This document shows positions 1 to 11,840 of a DNA stretch of 64,000 bases, piece after piece. Source of the stretch: the human T2T-CHM13v2.0 reference genome, Homo sapiens. The DNA is taken from NCBI RefSeq assembly GCF_009914755.1, contig NC_060930.1. One strand, given 5' to 3'. The notes under the pieces were generated by a model, which ran no database searches, was not told the origin of the DNA, and worked only from the letters and a program-made list of their open reading frames with translations. Each line of letters opens with the position of its first letter. Position 1 is the stretch's first letter. The position numbers and the translations under genes are program-made.

Positions 1-274
1 ATGGACGGGTGGCTGGGACGCTGGATGAAGAAGATCTCCATGACTGTGGTTCTTGCTCTTCCTCCATTCCTCTGCTCTCTCTCCTCCTCTCCTTTTCTCA
101 TCCCTCCCACTCTTCTTCATTTTCCTGAGATTATTAGATAGACCAGGAACAAAACAGCTCTGGCACCTGTTGCTCTCCTAGTCCAGCACCTCCACTCCAG
201 CCTTTAGCACACACATCCACACCTCCACTTGCCTGGCCCCTTTACCACATCATCTGGATTTCTCTACCTGGCCG

Positions 275-900
275 TGTCATTCAGGGTCCAATCAGGGAAC
301 AGAAACCACACAGTAATTTGAATGTGGGATGTTTAATATAAAGATTACTTAACTGTAACAGTGAAGTGATAAGAAGATGTAAAGAAAACTCTGAAGGTGA
401 CCCTGAGGCTGATGGAGAGCATCTGGGGAAGGACAAGTTTAAAGAAGACCCCTCTTCAAGGCTGAGATCCGGAATCCGGACTGCATCAGAGGTGTGGTTG
501 TAGCCCACTGAGTGGCAGAAAGGTTCCCTGGGTTGCCCATGGTTACTGGACAAGGAGAAATCAACAGTCTTGGGTAGAGGCTAAGGCTGGTGCAAGAGTG
601 CATGGAGGGCTGCAGGCGTCAGGGGCCTGCTCTCCAGCAGGGTAGTGAAGACTGGGGCATGCCAGGCCTGCATTAGGAACATCGTGGTGAGGTGGTCACC
701 ATGGGTGGCCAAGAGGTGGGGCTGGGCCATGAGCCTGAAGACTGCACACTCGGCACATGGCTGGGGCAGTGATAAGAGCCATACAGCTGGAGGCAGGAGA
801 AGACAGTAGCAAGCCAGACCCAGGAGGAGAAGCCCCTTCCTCCTGCATAGACTCAGAGCACGCTACTGACAAAGCTGAATATTGTGTTTGGTGCAAAGGA
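275..900 (-). mobile_element. Old, degraded ERVL/MaLR-type LTR fragment (subfamily uncertain)
   Basis: 'tcagggtccaatcagggaacagaaaccacac' resembles the terminus of ancient LTRs read on the minus strand; boundaries are approximate. Confidence 0.35.
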
Positions 901-2049
901 GAAACGCCCGAACTCTTGTCACAGAGCAGATTTGGGGCCGAGAGGCAAGGGATCAACGGATTGCTAGCTGGACACCAGCCTTTCCCTGCGTCCCCAGTCC
1001 GGCTCACCCCACTTCCCGGATTCTGTTTTTCAGCACTCGCCCTCTGGCCTGTCAGTCTGGCTGCTTCGGCCGGCTCCCTCCAGGCTCTGCTCATTCTATT
1101 AAGGAATTCTATTCACTTCCATTAAAGAAAGCATTCTTCCTTCTGTCTTCTTGATCAAACACTACCCATTCTGCAGGCCCAGCGCAGGGCCCAGGCAGGT
1201 ATCTGTGAACCGCCTCCTATTCAGTCTTCTGTTGCAGTTCAGCCAGCTCTGTGACAGTGAATTCTTGTCACTTCTTGAGTGTCTCCTTAATTAGATTGTA
1301 GCTTCCTTGAGAACAAGGACTGTGTCTCTTTCCCTCTGTTTTCCTATATGCCTGGAATAATGCCTTAGTCGATATTATAATGTGATTGATTGATGGCGTG
1401 TGAATTTCAGGGTTAGGGGAGCTAGTTGGGAAATGTTTAGAGATATCTGGAAAGAAATTCAGTGGCTACTCCTTTCTCCACGTATACCCTAGACCCCAGT
1501 GCTCACTGGAGACTGAGAGCCTCCCTGACACAGAGGACTGTTTATATCCTTTCTGGTGCTATGAAATAGTGTGATTGCAACAGCACTGATTAATAGTGTG
1601 GAGTTCCCCTCCTGTAACTCTGTGTACTGGTGAAGGAGATGTAAAAATGTTAGGAGCAAACGAAAATGATTTTGACTGCTCTGACCTGAGTCTGGTTGGG
1701 GGAAAAATATCTTCCTCCCTCATCACTTTTAAAAAGCAGAGTTCCTTTCATAATAGAGACTTATTTCTTGTGATGAAATACTAGAGATCATAAGGAAGTA
1801 GAGAAAGAAAATGACCCGAGTGCTTTATAAGGGACAGTTTATTGGATCAATGCCTCTTTGTCTTATTAATCTGTGTTTTCCCAAATAGCCTGTGATTCTT
1901 GAATCACTGTGATCTCAGTCTCAATAGCCAGAAGTAGTATATATTAAAAGCTTTGGCCTGGGCAACGAGTCACTTGTTTAACAAACAAGACTCCTCTACT
2001 CTTTTTGCTGGCATTTCTGGACAATCTTTTATAAGTTATCAATTTCCTT

Positions 2050-2285
2050 TTTTTTTAAATCTGAGATCTTCCCTGACTACCTCCTACCATTAGACTGAGC
2101 TGATGTTCCTCTTTTGTATTTCCATAGCATTAAAGGGCAGCGGGGAGAGTATGTATCTTGTATTGTAATTGCTAGTTAATTCTTTGTCATTCTGGAATGT
2201 CTTTTTTAACTATGTATCCTCAGGACATAAACCAGCGCCTTACACATAGTCAAGGCTCAATAAACATTGTTTGAATGAATGGATG
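2050..2285 (+). mobile_element. L2 3' fragment
   Basis: 'acacatagtcaaggctcaataaacattgtttgaatgaatggatgg' is the typical L2 3' end. Confidence 0.6.
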
Positions 2286-2289
2286 GTTG

Positions 2290-3568
2290 TGAGAAGTGAC
2301 AGCATGCTGGCAGCCCTGGCAGCCCTCACAGCTCTCGCTCGCTCTCGGCGCCTCCTTGGCCTTGGCGCCCACTCTGGCCGTGCTTGAGGAGCCCTTCAGC
2401 CCACCGCTCCACTGTGGGAGCCCTTTTCTGGGCTGGCCAAGGCCAGAGCCGGCTCCGTCAGCTTGCAGGGAGGTGTGGAGGGAGAGGCGCGGGCGGGAAC
2501 CGGGGCTGCGCGCGGCCCTTGCAGGCCAGCACGAGTTCCGGGTGGGGGTGGGCTCGGCGGGCCCCGCACTCGGAGCGGCCGGCCGGCCCGCAAGCCCCGG
2601 GAAGTGAGGGGCTTAGCACCTGGACCAGCAGCTGCTGTGCTCAATTTCTCGCTGGGCCTTAGCTGCCTCCCCGCGGGGCACAGCTCCGGACCTGCAGCAC
2701 CCCCATGCCTGAGCCTCCCCCCACCCCCCGCCGTGGGCTCCTGCGTGGCCTGAGCCTCCCTGATGAGCGCCGCCCCCTGCTTCACAGCGGCCAGTGCCAT
2801 TGACGGCCCAAGGGCTGAGGAGCGCGTGCGCAGAGCTCGGGACTAACAGGCAGCTCCACCTGCGGCCCCAGTGCGAGATCCACAGAGTGAAACCAGCTGG
2901 GCTCCTGAGTCTGGTGGGGACTTGGAAAATCTTTATGTCTAGCTAAGGGATTGTAAATACACCAATCGACACTCTGTATCTAGCTCAAGGTTTGTAAACA
3001 CACCAACCAGCACTCTATGTCTAGCTCAGGATTTGTGAATGCACCAGTCCACACTCTGTTACCCAGCTAATCTAGCGGGGAGGTGGAGAACTTTTGTGTC
3101 TAGCTCAGGGATTGTAAACGCACCAATCAGCACCCTGTCAAAACGGACCAATCAGCTCTCTGTAAAACAGACCAATGGGCTCTCTGTAAAATGGGCCAAT
3201 CAGCAGGATGTGGGTGGGGCCAGATAGGAGAATAAAAGCAGGCTGCCAGAGCAAGCAGTGGCAATCTGCTTTACGTGTTGTTTCGTGTTGTGGAAGCTTT
3301 AGTTCTTTTGCTGTGCAATAAGTTTTGCTGGTGTTCACGTTTTAGGTCTATACTACCTTTATTGAGCTGTAGCACTGGGAAAGTTTGAAGCTTCATTGTT
3401 AACACCAGCAAGATCATGAACCCATAGAAAAAGAAAAAACTCTGAACACATGCGAACGTTAGTAAAAACTAAATGCTGAGCACGCTGCCTCTAAAAACTA
3501 ATACTTACTGAGGATCTGGTTTTATTCTTGAAGTCGGTGAGATCAAGGACCTACTAATTCTACACGCA
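2290..3568 (+). mobile_element. LTR12 (LTR12C-type, ERV9) solo LTR
   Basis: Starts TGAGAAGTGACAGCATGCTGGCAG; GC/CpG-rich U3; ~40-bp enhancer repeats (tctagctcaagg..ttgtaaa.caccaatc); TATA-like AATAAAA at ~3231; ends ...aattctacacgCA; 4-bp TSD GTTG at 2286-2289 and 3569-3572. Confidence 0.95.
2930..3260 (+). promoter_or_regulatory. LTR12 U3 enhancer/promoter: CCAAT (NF-Y) array plus TATA-like box
   Basis: CCAAT at ~2962, 3123, 3148, 3172 and 3196; GTGGGTGGGGC GC-box at ~3209; AATAAAA at 3231; this is the known ERV9 LTR promoter layout. Confidence 0.7.
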
Positions 3569-3589
3569 GTTGGATGGTAAAATAGTTAT

Positions 3590-3936
3590 GGCTCTGGGGC
3601 TTCTATGATAAAGTAACAGAGTGGGTAGCTTGTAAACATTTTTCGTGGTTCCGGAGGGTTAGGAGTCCAGGGTCAAAGTGCTAGCAGGTTTGGCATCTAA
3701 GGAAGGCTACCTCCGTGGTCCATAGATGATAACCTCCACCATACATACCATTGTGGGGGAAAAGGCAAGGAACTCTCTGGAACCCCTTTTATAGGGGCAT
3801 GAATCCCATTCCTGAGGGCTCCAATGTCATGACCTAATCACCTCCCAAAGGGCCTTCTAATGCTCTAATGCCATTACTGTGAGCGTTGGGATTTCAACAT
3901 ACGAATTTGGGGAGGAATAAACATTCAGTCCATTAC
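3590..3936 (-). mobile_element. MLT1A-type MaLR LTR
   Basis: 'aatcccattcctgagggctcc..catgacctaatcacctcccaaagg..atttcaacatacgaatttgggg..acattcagtccat'. Confidence 0.75.
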
Positions 3937-4164
3937 ACCAATTTAACTGGTTTTAAGCATGAGAGAAAATATATGGGCTCATGTGAAAATTGGGACATTC
4001 TAAGGGTAGTTCTAGCTTCAGGCATGACTATGCAGGGATTCAAATTCTATCATGGGGGCTTGATCTTTCAGTGTGTCTTGGTTCTTCTGTCACCTAGATT
4101 TGTGTCATTCTCATGAAAGTTCTCTCCATATGGACTAATAATAAAGCCACAGAAGGTCCTATGC

Positions 4165-4370
4165 CAGGGTTTCCCATTGTGAATGCTAACGACATGTGGA
4201 GTGGATACTTTTTGTTATGTGGGACTGTCCCATACATTGCAGGATATATAGCATCCCTGGCTTCCGGGTATCAAATGCTAGCAGCACCTTCATACATTGG
4301 GACTAAATACGTCCCCCACATTTCCAAATGCCCCTTAGGGAGGCAGTATGGCCTCTAATTGAGAGCCACA
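4165..4370. mobile_element. MER20 (hAT-Charlie) DNA transposon
   Basis: 'gggactgtcc..cattgcaggat..tagcatccctggc..ccacatttccaaatgcccc..ttgagagccac'. Confidence 0.65.
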
Positions 4371-4554
4371 ACTCTAGGCTGACTTTATACCCACGGTTGT
4401 GATCCCAGAGAAGATGGCCTGATTCTCTATCACCTAGTGTCTATATCAGTTCCTGAAAAGGATTCTGATGAGCTCTGCTGGGCTTATGTTTCCACCCCTG
4501 AGCCAGTCACAGTCTTTAATGTGTAAAGGGCTTTGCCAGAGTGTGATTGGTCAA

Positions 4555-5085
4555 TGTATAGTTATTGCTCCTGAGCAAATTACTCCAAAACTTAGCAACT
4601 TCAAATATGTATAACCTAAACCAATTTCTCTGGTCAGGAATCTGTGAGCAGCTTAGTTGGGTGATTCTGGCTCAGGGCCTCTTATGAGGCTGCAGTCAAG
4701 CTGTTGGCCAGGGCTTCTTCTCAAGGCTCAATGGGGGCTGGAGGATCTCGTCCACACTCACCGACATGGCTGCTTTCAGGCCTCAGTTCCTCACTGGCTG
4801 TAGGGCACCTTGCCATGTGGCCTCTTCACAGGCTGTCTGAGTGTCCTCTTCAAATGGCAGCTGGCATTTTCCAGAATGGCATATCCAAGAGGGAAAGAGA
4901 AGAGACAAGGAGAACCCATTGTAGAGCTGCAGTCTTGTAAAACCTAACCTTGAAAATGACATACCATCCTTTCTGCCATTATTGGTCACTTTAGAGCAGC
5001 TGTGGTCAATTGTAGGCAGGGGCTCCATGAGCGTGTGAATGCGAGGAGGCAGGACCCCTGTGGGGCACACTCAGAAGCTGCCTCC
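4555..5085 (-). mobile_element. MLT1F/G/H-type MaLR LTR, flanked by older MLT1 pieces
   Basis: 'aaattactccaaaacttagc..ggtcaggaatctg..ctggctcagggcctcttatgaggctgcagtcaag..tctgccatt.ttggtcac'. Confidence 0.7.
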
Positions 5086-6132
5086 CTTAGACAACAAGGA
5101 TGCAGTCTGTGCTCACTGCTGGACATAGAGGGTAAAGTCCCAGGAACAACAGCTCCAGGAAATCACAGAGGGTGGAGAGGGGCATTTCCCAAAAAAAAGG
5201 TCATGCAGTGCAAACCAAAAGTGTATGTCTGCCACAAATGAATACTGCAATCCACTTCCTCACCAGCTGACTCAAGGAGGGCTGCATAGGGTAAGTTCTA
5301 ATAAAAATAGTGCTGTGAATTATTTCTGTCTATCTGTAGATCATCATTTGTCTCTTAAGGATCTTTTTCTACTGCCAACTGACATTCCTACTCAGCGCTT
5401 ATTTGTGCAAAAAGCTTTCACAAGCAATTCAACTGCAGGCTTATAGATAGGTTTTGGAAATCTTGGGAGTAGATCAATATTTGAGTGTTTGTCTCATATA
5501 AATTTATTCTGACAGCTGCTTACTTCCTTTCCAAAATTCTCCTTTCTTTGGTGCTCTTTTAATTTTTTGAATGTATAGCAGGGAGAGAGCATCACTGTGT
5601 CCTAGTATGTTTTCACTGGAAAGAAGCAGAGGCAGCGTGCAGGACTGCAGGAGCAGCTGAGCTTACCACCAGATAAGACATGGCTGCTCAGAAGGAGGTA
5701 TGTTGCTTGGTTCTGTGCATTCGGAGAGCTTTTCTGTAGTTGGTTTTCCCAGAGTCTGTGTTTTCTTATTTGGGATGAATGGCATACAGAGGCAAGGTGA
5801 CTTTTTATGGCTTTGGTCTTTGGTGGAAGTACAGCCAGCTACTGAGCCATCCTGACACTCCACTGCCCCCAGGAAGGAGAAGCCACTGTTTGTCTTCCCA
5901 CCCACCCTGCCGAACAAAGCCTGCCAAGCACTGTGTAACCAATGCCCAAGACATTTGATGAAAGGTTTGGCGTCATTGGAGCCTTCTCTCAAAGCTTTTG
6001 GAAAGTCATACAGGAGACAGATTACAAAGAAGTTTTGCTAGGGTTTAATCACACAAATGAGGAAACCAGGTTTCATTACTCCTTCGACCAACGAAAACAA
6101 AAATGCTAAGTGTGAGACCTTGTGTTAGTTAA

Positions 6133-6508
<376 letters not shown>

Positions 6509-7254
6509 GTTAAGTCTGATTTCTTACATAAATCCTTTGTGTCAAATTGGGCACCCCATTAACAGTGAGTATTTTGTGCAATGTGGGAGAAGGTGTTTCT
6601 CCCTCTTGGGGCAGCCCAGCAGGTCACCAAGCTGAGACCAAGCTTTGCCAGTCTCTGGGTAGAGGTTCCCGGGAATGGAGTGTGTGGTGCAGTGTAGCAA
6701 AGGCATGTAGGTCTATGCACTGGACATTGCAACTGGTTTTCAAAAATGATTAGACATTTGAAAATGCCATCCTCTTATACTTACTTTGTCCCTGACATTT
6801 CTCACCCCTTTAACCTTCCAGGTAGCTGAATACAGAATAATAGAGTAGGTGAAGAAACACACCATCATTAGTAAATATGCTTGCCTTTCCTCCTGCTCGT
6901 TCCAATACAGACCAAAAAGGAGGGAAAGGAAGAGGCCATGAAGATTAATTTTGTTGTCTTAGCTGCTATTCATGAGGCCTGATGTTTCTGTTTTATATTT
7001 GTAATAATCCAGAATATTGGGGCAAAAGCTTATCCATGGCTGGATGGATCTATAGGATGTGGGATCATTCCTGAGAGTTCTGGGAGAGGTGGGGTTTGGG
7101 TTCGGATATCTCTGGAATTGTGGGTAGGATATGGTTTGTGTCCATGCTTTCCCCCAATACTTAGGCTCCAGCTTGTGATATTCCTCCCCTTGGTCCCTCA
7201 CCCTGAAGTGAGCAACTGGCGGGGCTTCAAAAAGTCAGAGCCTCAAGCCTTGGT

Positions 7255-7357
7255 CTCAGACAGGCCTGACTTCAAATTCTACTAGCTGTGTGAGCTTGGA
7301 TAGGTTACTTAACCTCTCTGGACTTCTGTTTTCTTATCTGAAGAATGGAGATAATCA
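7255..7357 (+). mobile_element. MIR fragment
   Basis: 'actagctgtgtgagcttggataggttacttaacctctctg..ctgttttcttatctg'. Confidence 0.75.
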
Positions 7358-7358
7358 T

Positions 7359-7718
7359 TGATATGGTTTGACTCTGTGTTCCCACCCAAATCTCATCTCG
7401 AATTGGAATCCCCACGTTTGGAGGGAGGGACCTGGTGGGAGGTGATTGGGTCATGGGGGCAGTTTCGCCTGTGCTGTTCTTGTGATAGTGAGGGAATTCT
7501 CACGAAATCTGATGGTTTAAAAGTGGCAGCTTCCCCTATGCTGTCTCTCTCCTGCTGCCATGTAAGATGTGCCTTGCTTCCCCTTCACCTTCTGCTACGA
7601 TTTTAAGTTTCCTGAGGCCTCCCCAGCCATGTGGCACTGTAAGTCAATTAAACCTCTTCTCTTTAAAAATCACCTAGTCTCTGGTAGTATCTGTATAGCA
7701 GTGTGAGAATGGACTGGA
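7359..7718 (+). mobile_element. MSTA/MSTB MaLR solo LTR
   Basis: Starts TGATATGGTTTG..cccacccaaatctcatc; ends 'tatagcagtgtgagaatggact'. Confidence 0.88.
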
Positions 7719-7890
7719 GCGAGGATTGAATCGGGTAGTGCAGTGAATGGCAGACCTTGCGGAGGGTCCGCTTCTCTTGTTCTAGCACCCAGGATGGGCC
7801 GTCCTCAGGGTGTGGCCCCAGGAGCTCCTGGCTTCAGAATGGCAGAGCCAGTGTGGCCTTACTGCTCACAAGGTAGGCATCCCTCTTTGG

Positions 7891-8188
7891 TTCTTTTTTT
7901 TTTTTTGAAGACGGAGTCTTGCTCTGTCACCCAGGCTGGAGTACAGTGGCATGATCTCGGCTCACTGTAACCTCTACCTCCCAGGTTCAAACAATTCTCC
8001 TGCCTCAGCCTCCTGAGTAGCTGAGATTGCGGGCACCTGCCACCATGCTCAGCTAATTTTTGTAGTTTTAGTAGAGATGGGGTTTCACCATGTTGGCCAG
8101 GCTGGCCTCCAATTCTTGACCTCAGGTGATCCACCCACCTCGGCCTCCCAAAGTGCTGGGATTACAGGCATGAGCCACCGTGCCCGGC
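7891..8188 (-). mobile_element. AluSx-type
   Basis: Full antisense dimer; TSD-like cctctttggttctt / cctccttggctctt. Confidence 0.95.
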
Positions 8189-9949
8189 ACCTCCTTGGCT
8201 CTTAAGGGTCAAAATACAGTGTTGTTGTTGCTGTTGTTTTTTCATCAGTCTTCATTATTTTAGTTTCGATGGAGGGAGGCTGTAATGTCCCAAATGCTTT
8301 ATCTTGGGCAGTGGGATCAGCATAGCCCTTGGAATCACCTGCCACCTACAGTGTTGCTGGAAGAAGCAGCACCCCGCCACATGCTCTTTTTTTGAGGTTT
8401 TGCCTCAGTAAATCCTTACGAGGCTCAGGCAGACAATTTATCCCATCATTTGGCCGTGATTTTTGTTAATAGAAGAAAGGTAGTAATTGTGGAATGCAGC
8501 CTGCAGGAAGTAAACAAAATACTTCCCTGCTTAATAAGCCTTTCATTCATTTTCTCAATCTCCTGCTGGGTTTGTCTTTGTCTTTTTCTTTTTCAAAATG
8601 GAAAAACCATTTTGTTGATTTTTTCCCTCATTGAAAGACTTTAATGGAAGAAATATTATGGGATATTTAGTCCTCTGCCTCCTTTCTCCTCCCTGAAGCT
8701 CTGCTTCAATCATATCAAACTGGCTGCAGCTGGGGCTTCAGAACCCAGCTGAGAATAAAACCGGGATAGAGTGGAGCACCACGCTGCCATTTTGCTCCCT
8801 GGGGCTGTACACGGTGGGGCAGGCTTTGTCCTAGATCCCAAAACAGCGGTGCTGAGTGTTCTATGTGCAGAGCTTTATGCAAATACCTGCACACTTCTGC
8901 CTGCATCTCACCCTGGTCCATAAAACTGGACCACCAGTGCCTGAAGACCATACTAATCAGGAGTGGGGAGCCCAGAAAACAAGCCTGCCCAGCTCCTGCC
9001 TGCAGGAGCTCTCAGTCTGATCTGCAGAGGAGGTATAGGCCTTAGATGGGAGGCCATGGGGACCGCATTGCTAACAGCTGTGGTGAGTGGGGCTTGGGGA
9101 AAGTAGGGGAGCTGTTGAGTGGTGGGATGGGGATCTGCTCTTCCCTGGATGCTCCAGGCTGAGGCAAATCACTTGAAAAGGGCATTGTTTGGAGCTCTGC
9201 ATTCACAATCATATCTGAGACTGAACTAAGGGAAGAAAAACAATGAAGGGTGGGGAAGGGAAGGAGTTAGAAGAACAAAGTAGGCAGCAGCCCTATTTGC
9301 GAGCCCTCTGCCTCTCAGTGAGTGCTTTTTTTTTACAGGAGCCCAAGCTCTTCCTTTCCCTGAGGTTTCTGCAGACACTGACAGGAGTGATGCAGAGGCT
9401 GGAAGTGTAGAGCTGTAGGACAGACTGATCCTCAGCCTCCGGAAGAGGGGCCTTTGAAAGCTCAGCCCTCGGGTCCCTGCTAAGGTGTGCACCGCAGCCC
9501 CAGCAGCCTGAGCACAGCCTTTCTACTCACACTGAGGACTAACTTGATGACATCCTGCCCATCTTTGGGTTCGCTTGCATTTGCTGCCAAGACTAAGGCA
9601 TAGCCATTGTCTAGGTCTTTCAGCTTTTGAAACATTTTCCTCTACTTCCTCTATCAGACAGTATCTAAATGACACCAATAAGTGAAACTGAAGCAGTCAG
9701 ATCTGTGGCCCCGTTTAGGGTTTGGCAATGAATGATAGTGAAGGTGGCTTCCCGGGCCCATCCCGAATGTTTAATTCACTCTTGCGTCAGTGAGCTCACC
9801 CCTCACAACTGCCACATTAGCAACCTCACTCTAATAACTTTCCTGGCAAAGGCAGAAGTGACAGCCCAACCTCAATCATTACATCACTCCCCAACCCCTT
9901 CGCATAGACCGCCTCCCATGGCTTACCACAGCATCTGAAAACACCCATG

Positions 9950-10740
9950 GCGCTGAGGCTGGCGTTGCCACTTGCAATGATCTGGCCCCTGCTGCCTTCC
10001 CAGCACCTGCTCCACCCCACCTTCACTTAGTCTCTGTTCTAGGAAAACTGTATCCACTCTTCCTGAACATTCTCTGTACCTTCCCACTTCTCTGCTTTTC
10101 CTTAAGGGGTTCTACCACAGGAATACCCTCCACATCTCTACCTGCTGAAATCTCATCGTCCTCCAGGGCACAATGCAAATGTGATTTTCTTGATGAAGCC
10201 CTTCGTGATTTCTGCAGCTTCATTATGACTTTCTGAACTTGTGTCTCCTTGTTCATTCCTGACCATGGTTCACACCCTAAGCCCTCATCTTTGATATGGG
10301 TCATCAACTTTCTGGACCAACTTTTTAAAAACAAATATGCATTGAAGGCTTACAGTGTTCCCACTACTTTGCAGAGATTGGCAATGGAAAGATGATTAAG
10401 AGACTGAATGTGTCTTTGAGGACATCAAAAATCCAGGCAGGTAAACAGCTAATTACAATGAAATGTGCTAAGACACAGGAACAGGATTCTGGGAGTACAC
10501 AGAGATGGACAAGGGCCCAAAGCTACTGAAGTTCCTGGTGTGTGCAAGGAATAGTTGCTAGTCTCTGGGTGGTTAGAGGAAGGACTTGTATAGGGGTGCA
10601 TTGGGAAGTGAAGCTGGAAAACCATGATCCCAGATTGTAAGGGAATTTGTGGGTCAAGCTATTTTGCAGGCAATAAGAAAGCATCAGAAATCATGGAGCA
10701 GGGGAGTGATGGGTCAGAGCTGAATTTCACAAAGGCTCCT
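9950..10740. mobile_element. L2 fragments (two pieces, apparently opposite orientation)
   Basis: 'ttcctgaacatt..ctcatcgtcctccagggcacaatgcaaatgtga' and 'tgcaggcaataagaaagcatcagaa..gagcaggggagtgatgggtcagagctg'. Confidence 0.5.
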
Positions 10741-11684
10741 TTGACCTGAGCAGGTTCTACTCCTGGCCCAATTACAGCTGAGTTCCTGAGTACCCAGCAA
10801 CCGCAGGGTGCCTGGCTGTTCCCTGGCAGCAGTGGGGTTCTGTCACATCAGCCATCAGTAGGGAGTTCCTGTCTCATTGCCTCCACATGCGTTCCGAAAG
10901 CCAAGTGCAGGAAGTGAGCATGTGGATTAGGAGTATGTCCAGGCAGAGATGCTGGCCCCAGTAGGGCCTATAATCATAATGGGGTCCACATATGTGGCCT
11001 GTTAAATCCTGCCTATCCTCGATAGGCATTGAGAAATGAGTGGTCCCTCCATGGGGCGAGGTGGGAAGAACCAGGATATGGCTATGAACAGTAGATACTA
11101 GGACTGCCCTGCCTAGAGTGGTGGAGGAGCTAATCAGGCCCAGGTAGTAGCCTAGGTCCATGGAGTGGACCCACACTGGAAGGGCGAGGCATGCTCAGTA
11201 TGAAAGCTTGTAGGTCTTGCCTCGTTGACTAGCACCCAGATATGGTTGGCAGCCGAGAAAATGCCCATGGGCAGCTGGAGCTTGCCGGAGCCCAGAAGTA
11301 TATATGGGTCACTCGATCCTCATGGGGAAGGGGGTGCAGCTGAATTCCACGCCATGTGGCCGAGGATGCTGATTTATTTCCTGTTGCTGTCAAATCAGGC
11401 TCAGGTGCTAGAGGGGGGCAGCCGCAGCTGTGGCTGTGGGTGGCTGAAGAAGGCAGAGGCAGGGGAAATGAGGCAGGGCCGACAGTTGTCCTGGTATCGT
11501 GTAGACTTTCTTAAATTAGCTATGTGGAGAGGAAGTAGGAATGAAGAGCCAGAAAGTCAGCAGCCAGACTTTTCCATACCATCTGGGATGGGAAGCAGAA
11601 AGCTGCCAAGAAAAACCATGTGCTGGAGCTAATTGGTAGGACTTGGAAGCAGAAGTAACATAGCACCCTACTAAATCAAGAGGC

Positions 11685-11840
11685 TTTTTTCTTTTCTTTT
11701 TGTTTCTCCTTTCTTTTCTGCTTTTTCTTTTCTCTTTCCATTTATTTTCCTTTTCTTCTTTTTTTCTCCTCTCACCCTTCCTTTCCCTTCTCTTCGCTTC
11801 CCTTTCCTTCACTTCCCTTTTCCTTTCATTCTTTTCTTAA
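11685..11840. repeat. TC-rich low-complexity tract
   Basis: ~155 bp of almost pure T/C. Confidence 0.85.

Noticed and set aside
2296-3338. GC-rich ORFs of 60-134 aa
   Set aside because: Entirely within the LTR12 solo LTR
10770-11640. Possible ancient LTR or pseudogene in a GC-richer unique stretch
   Set aside because: I could not assign a family or a protein homology from the sequence alone
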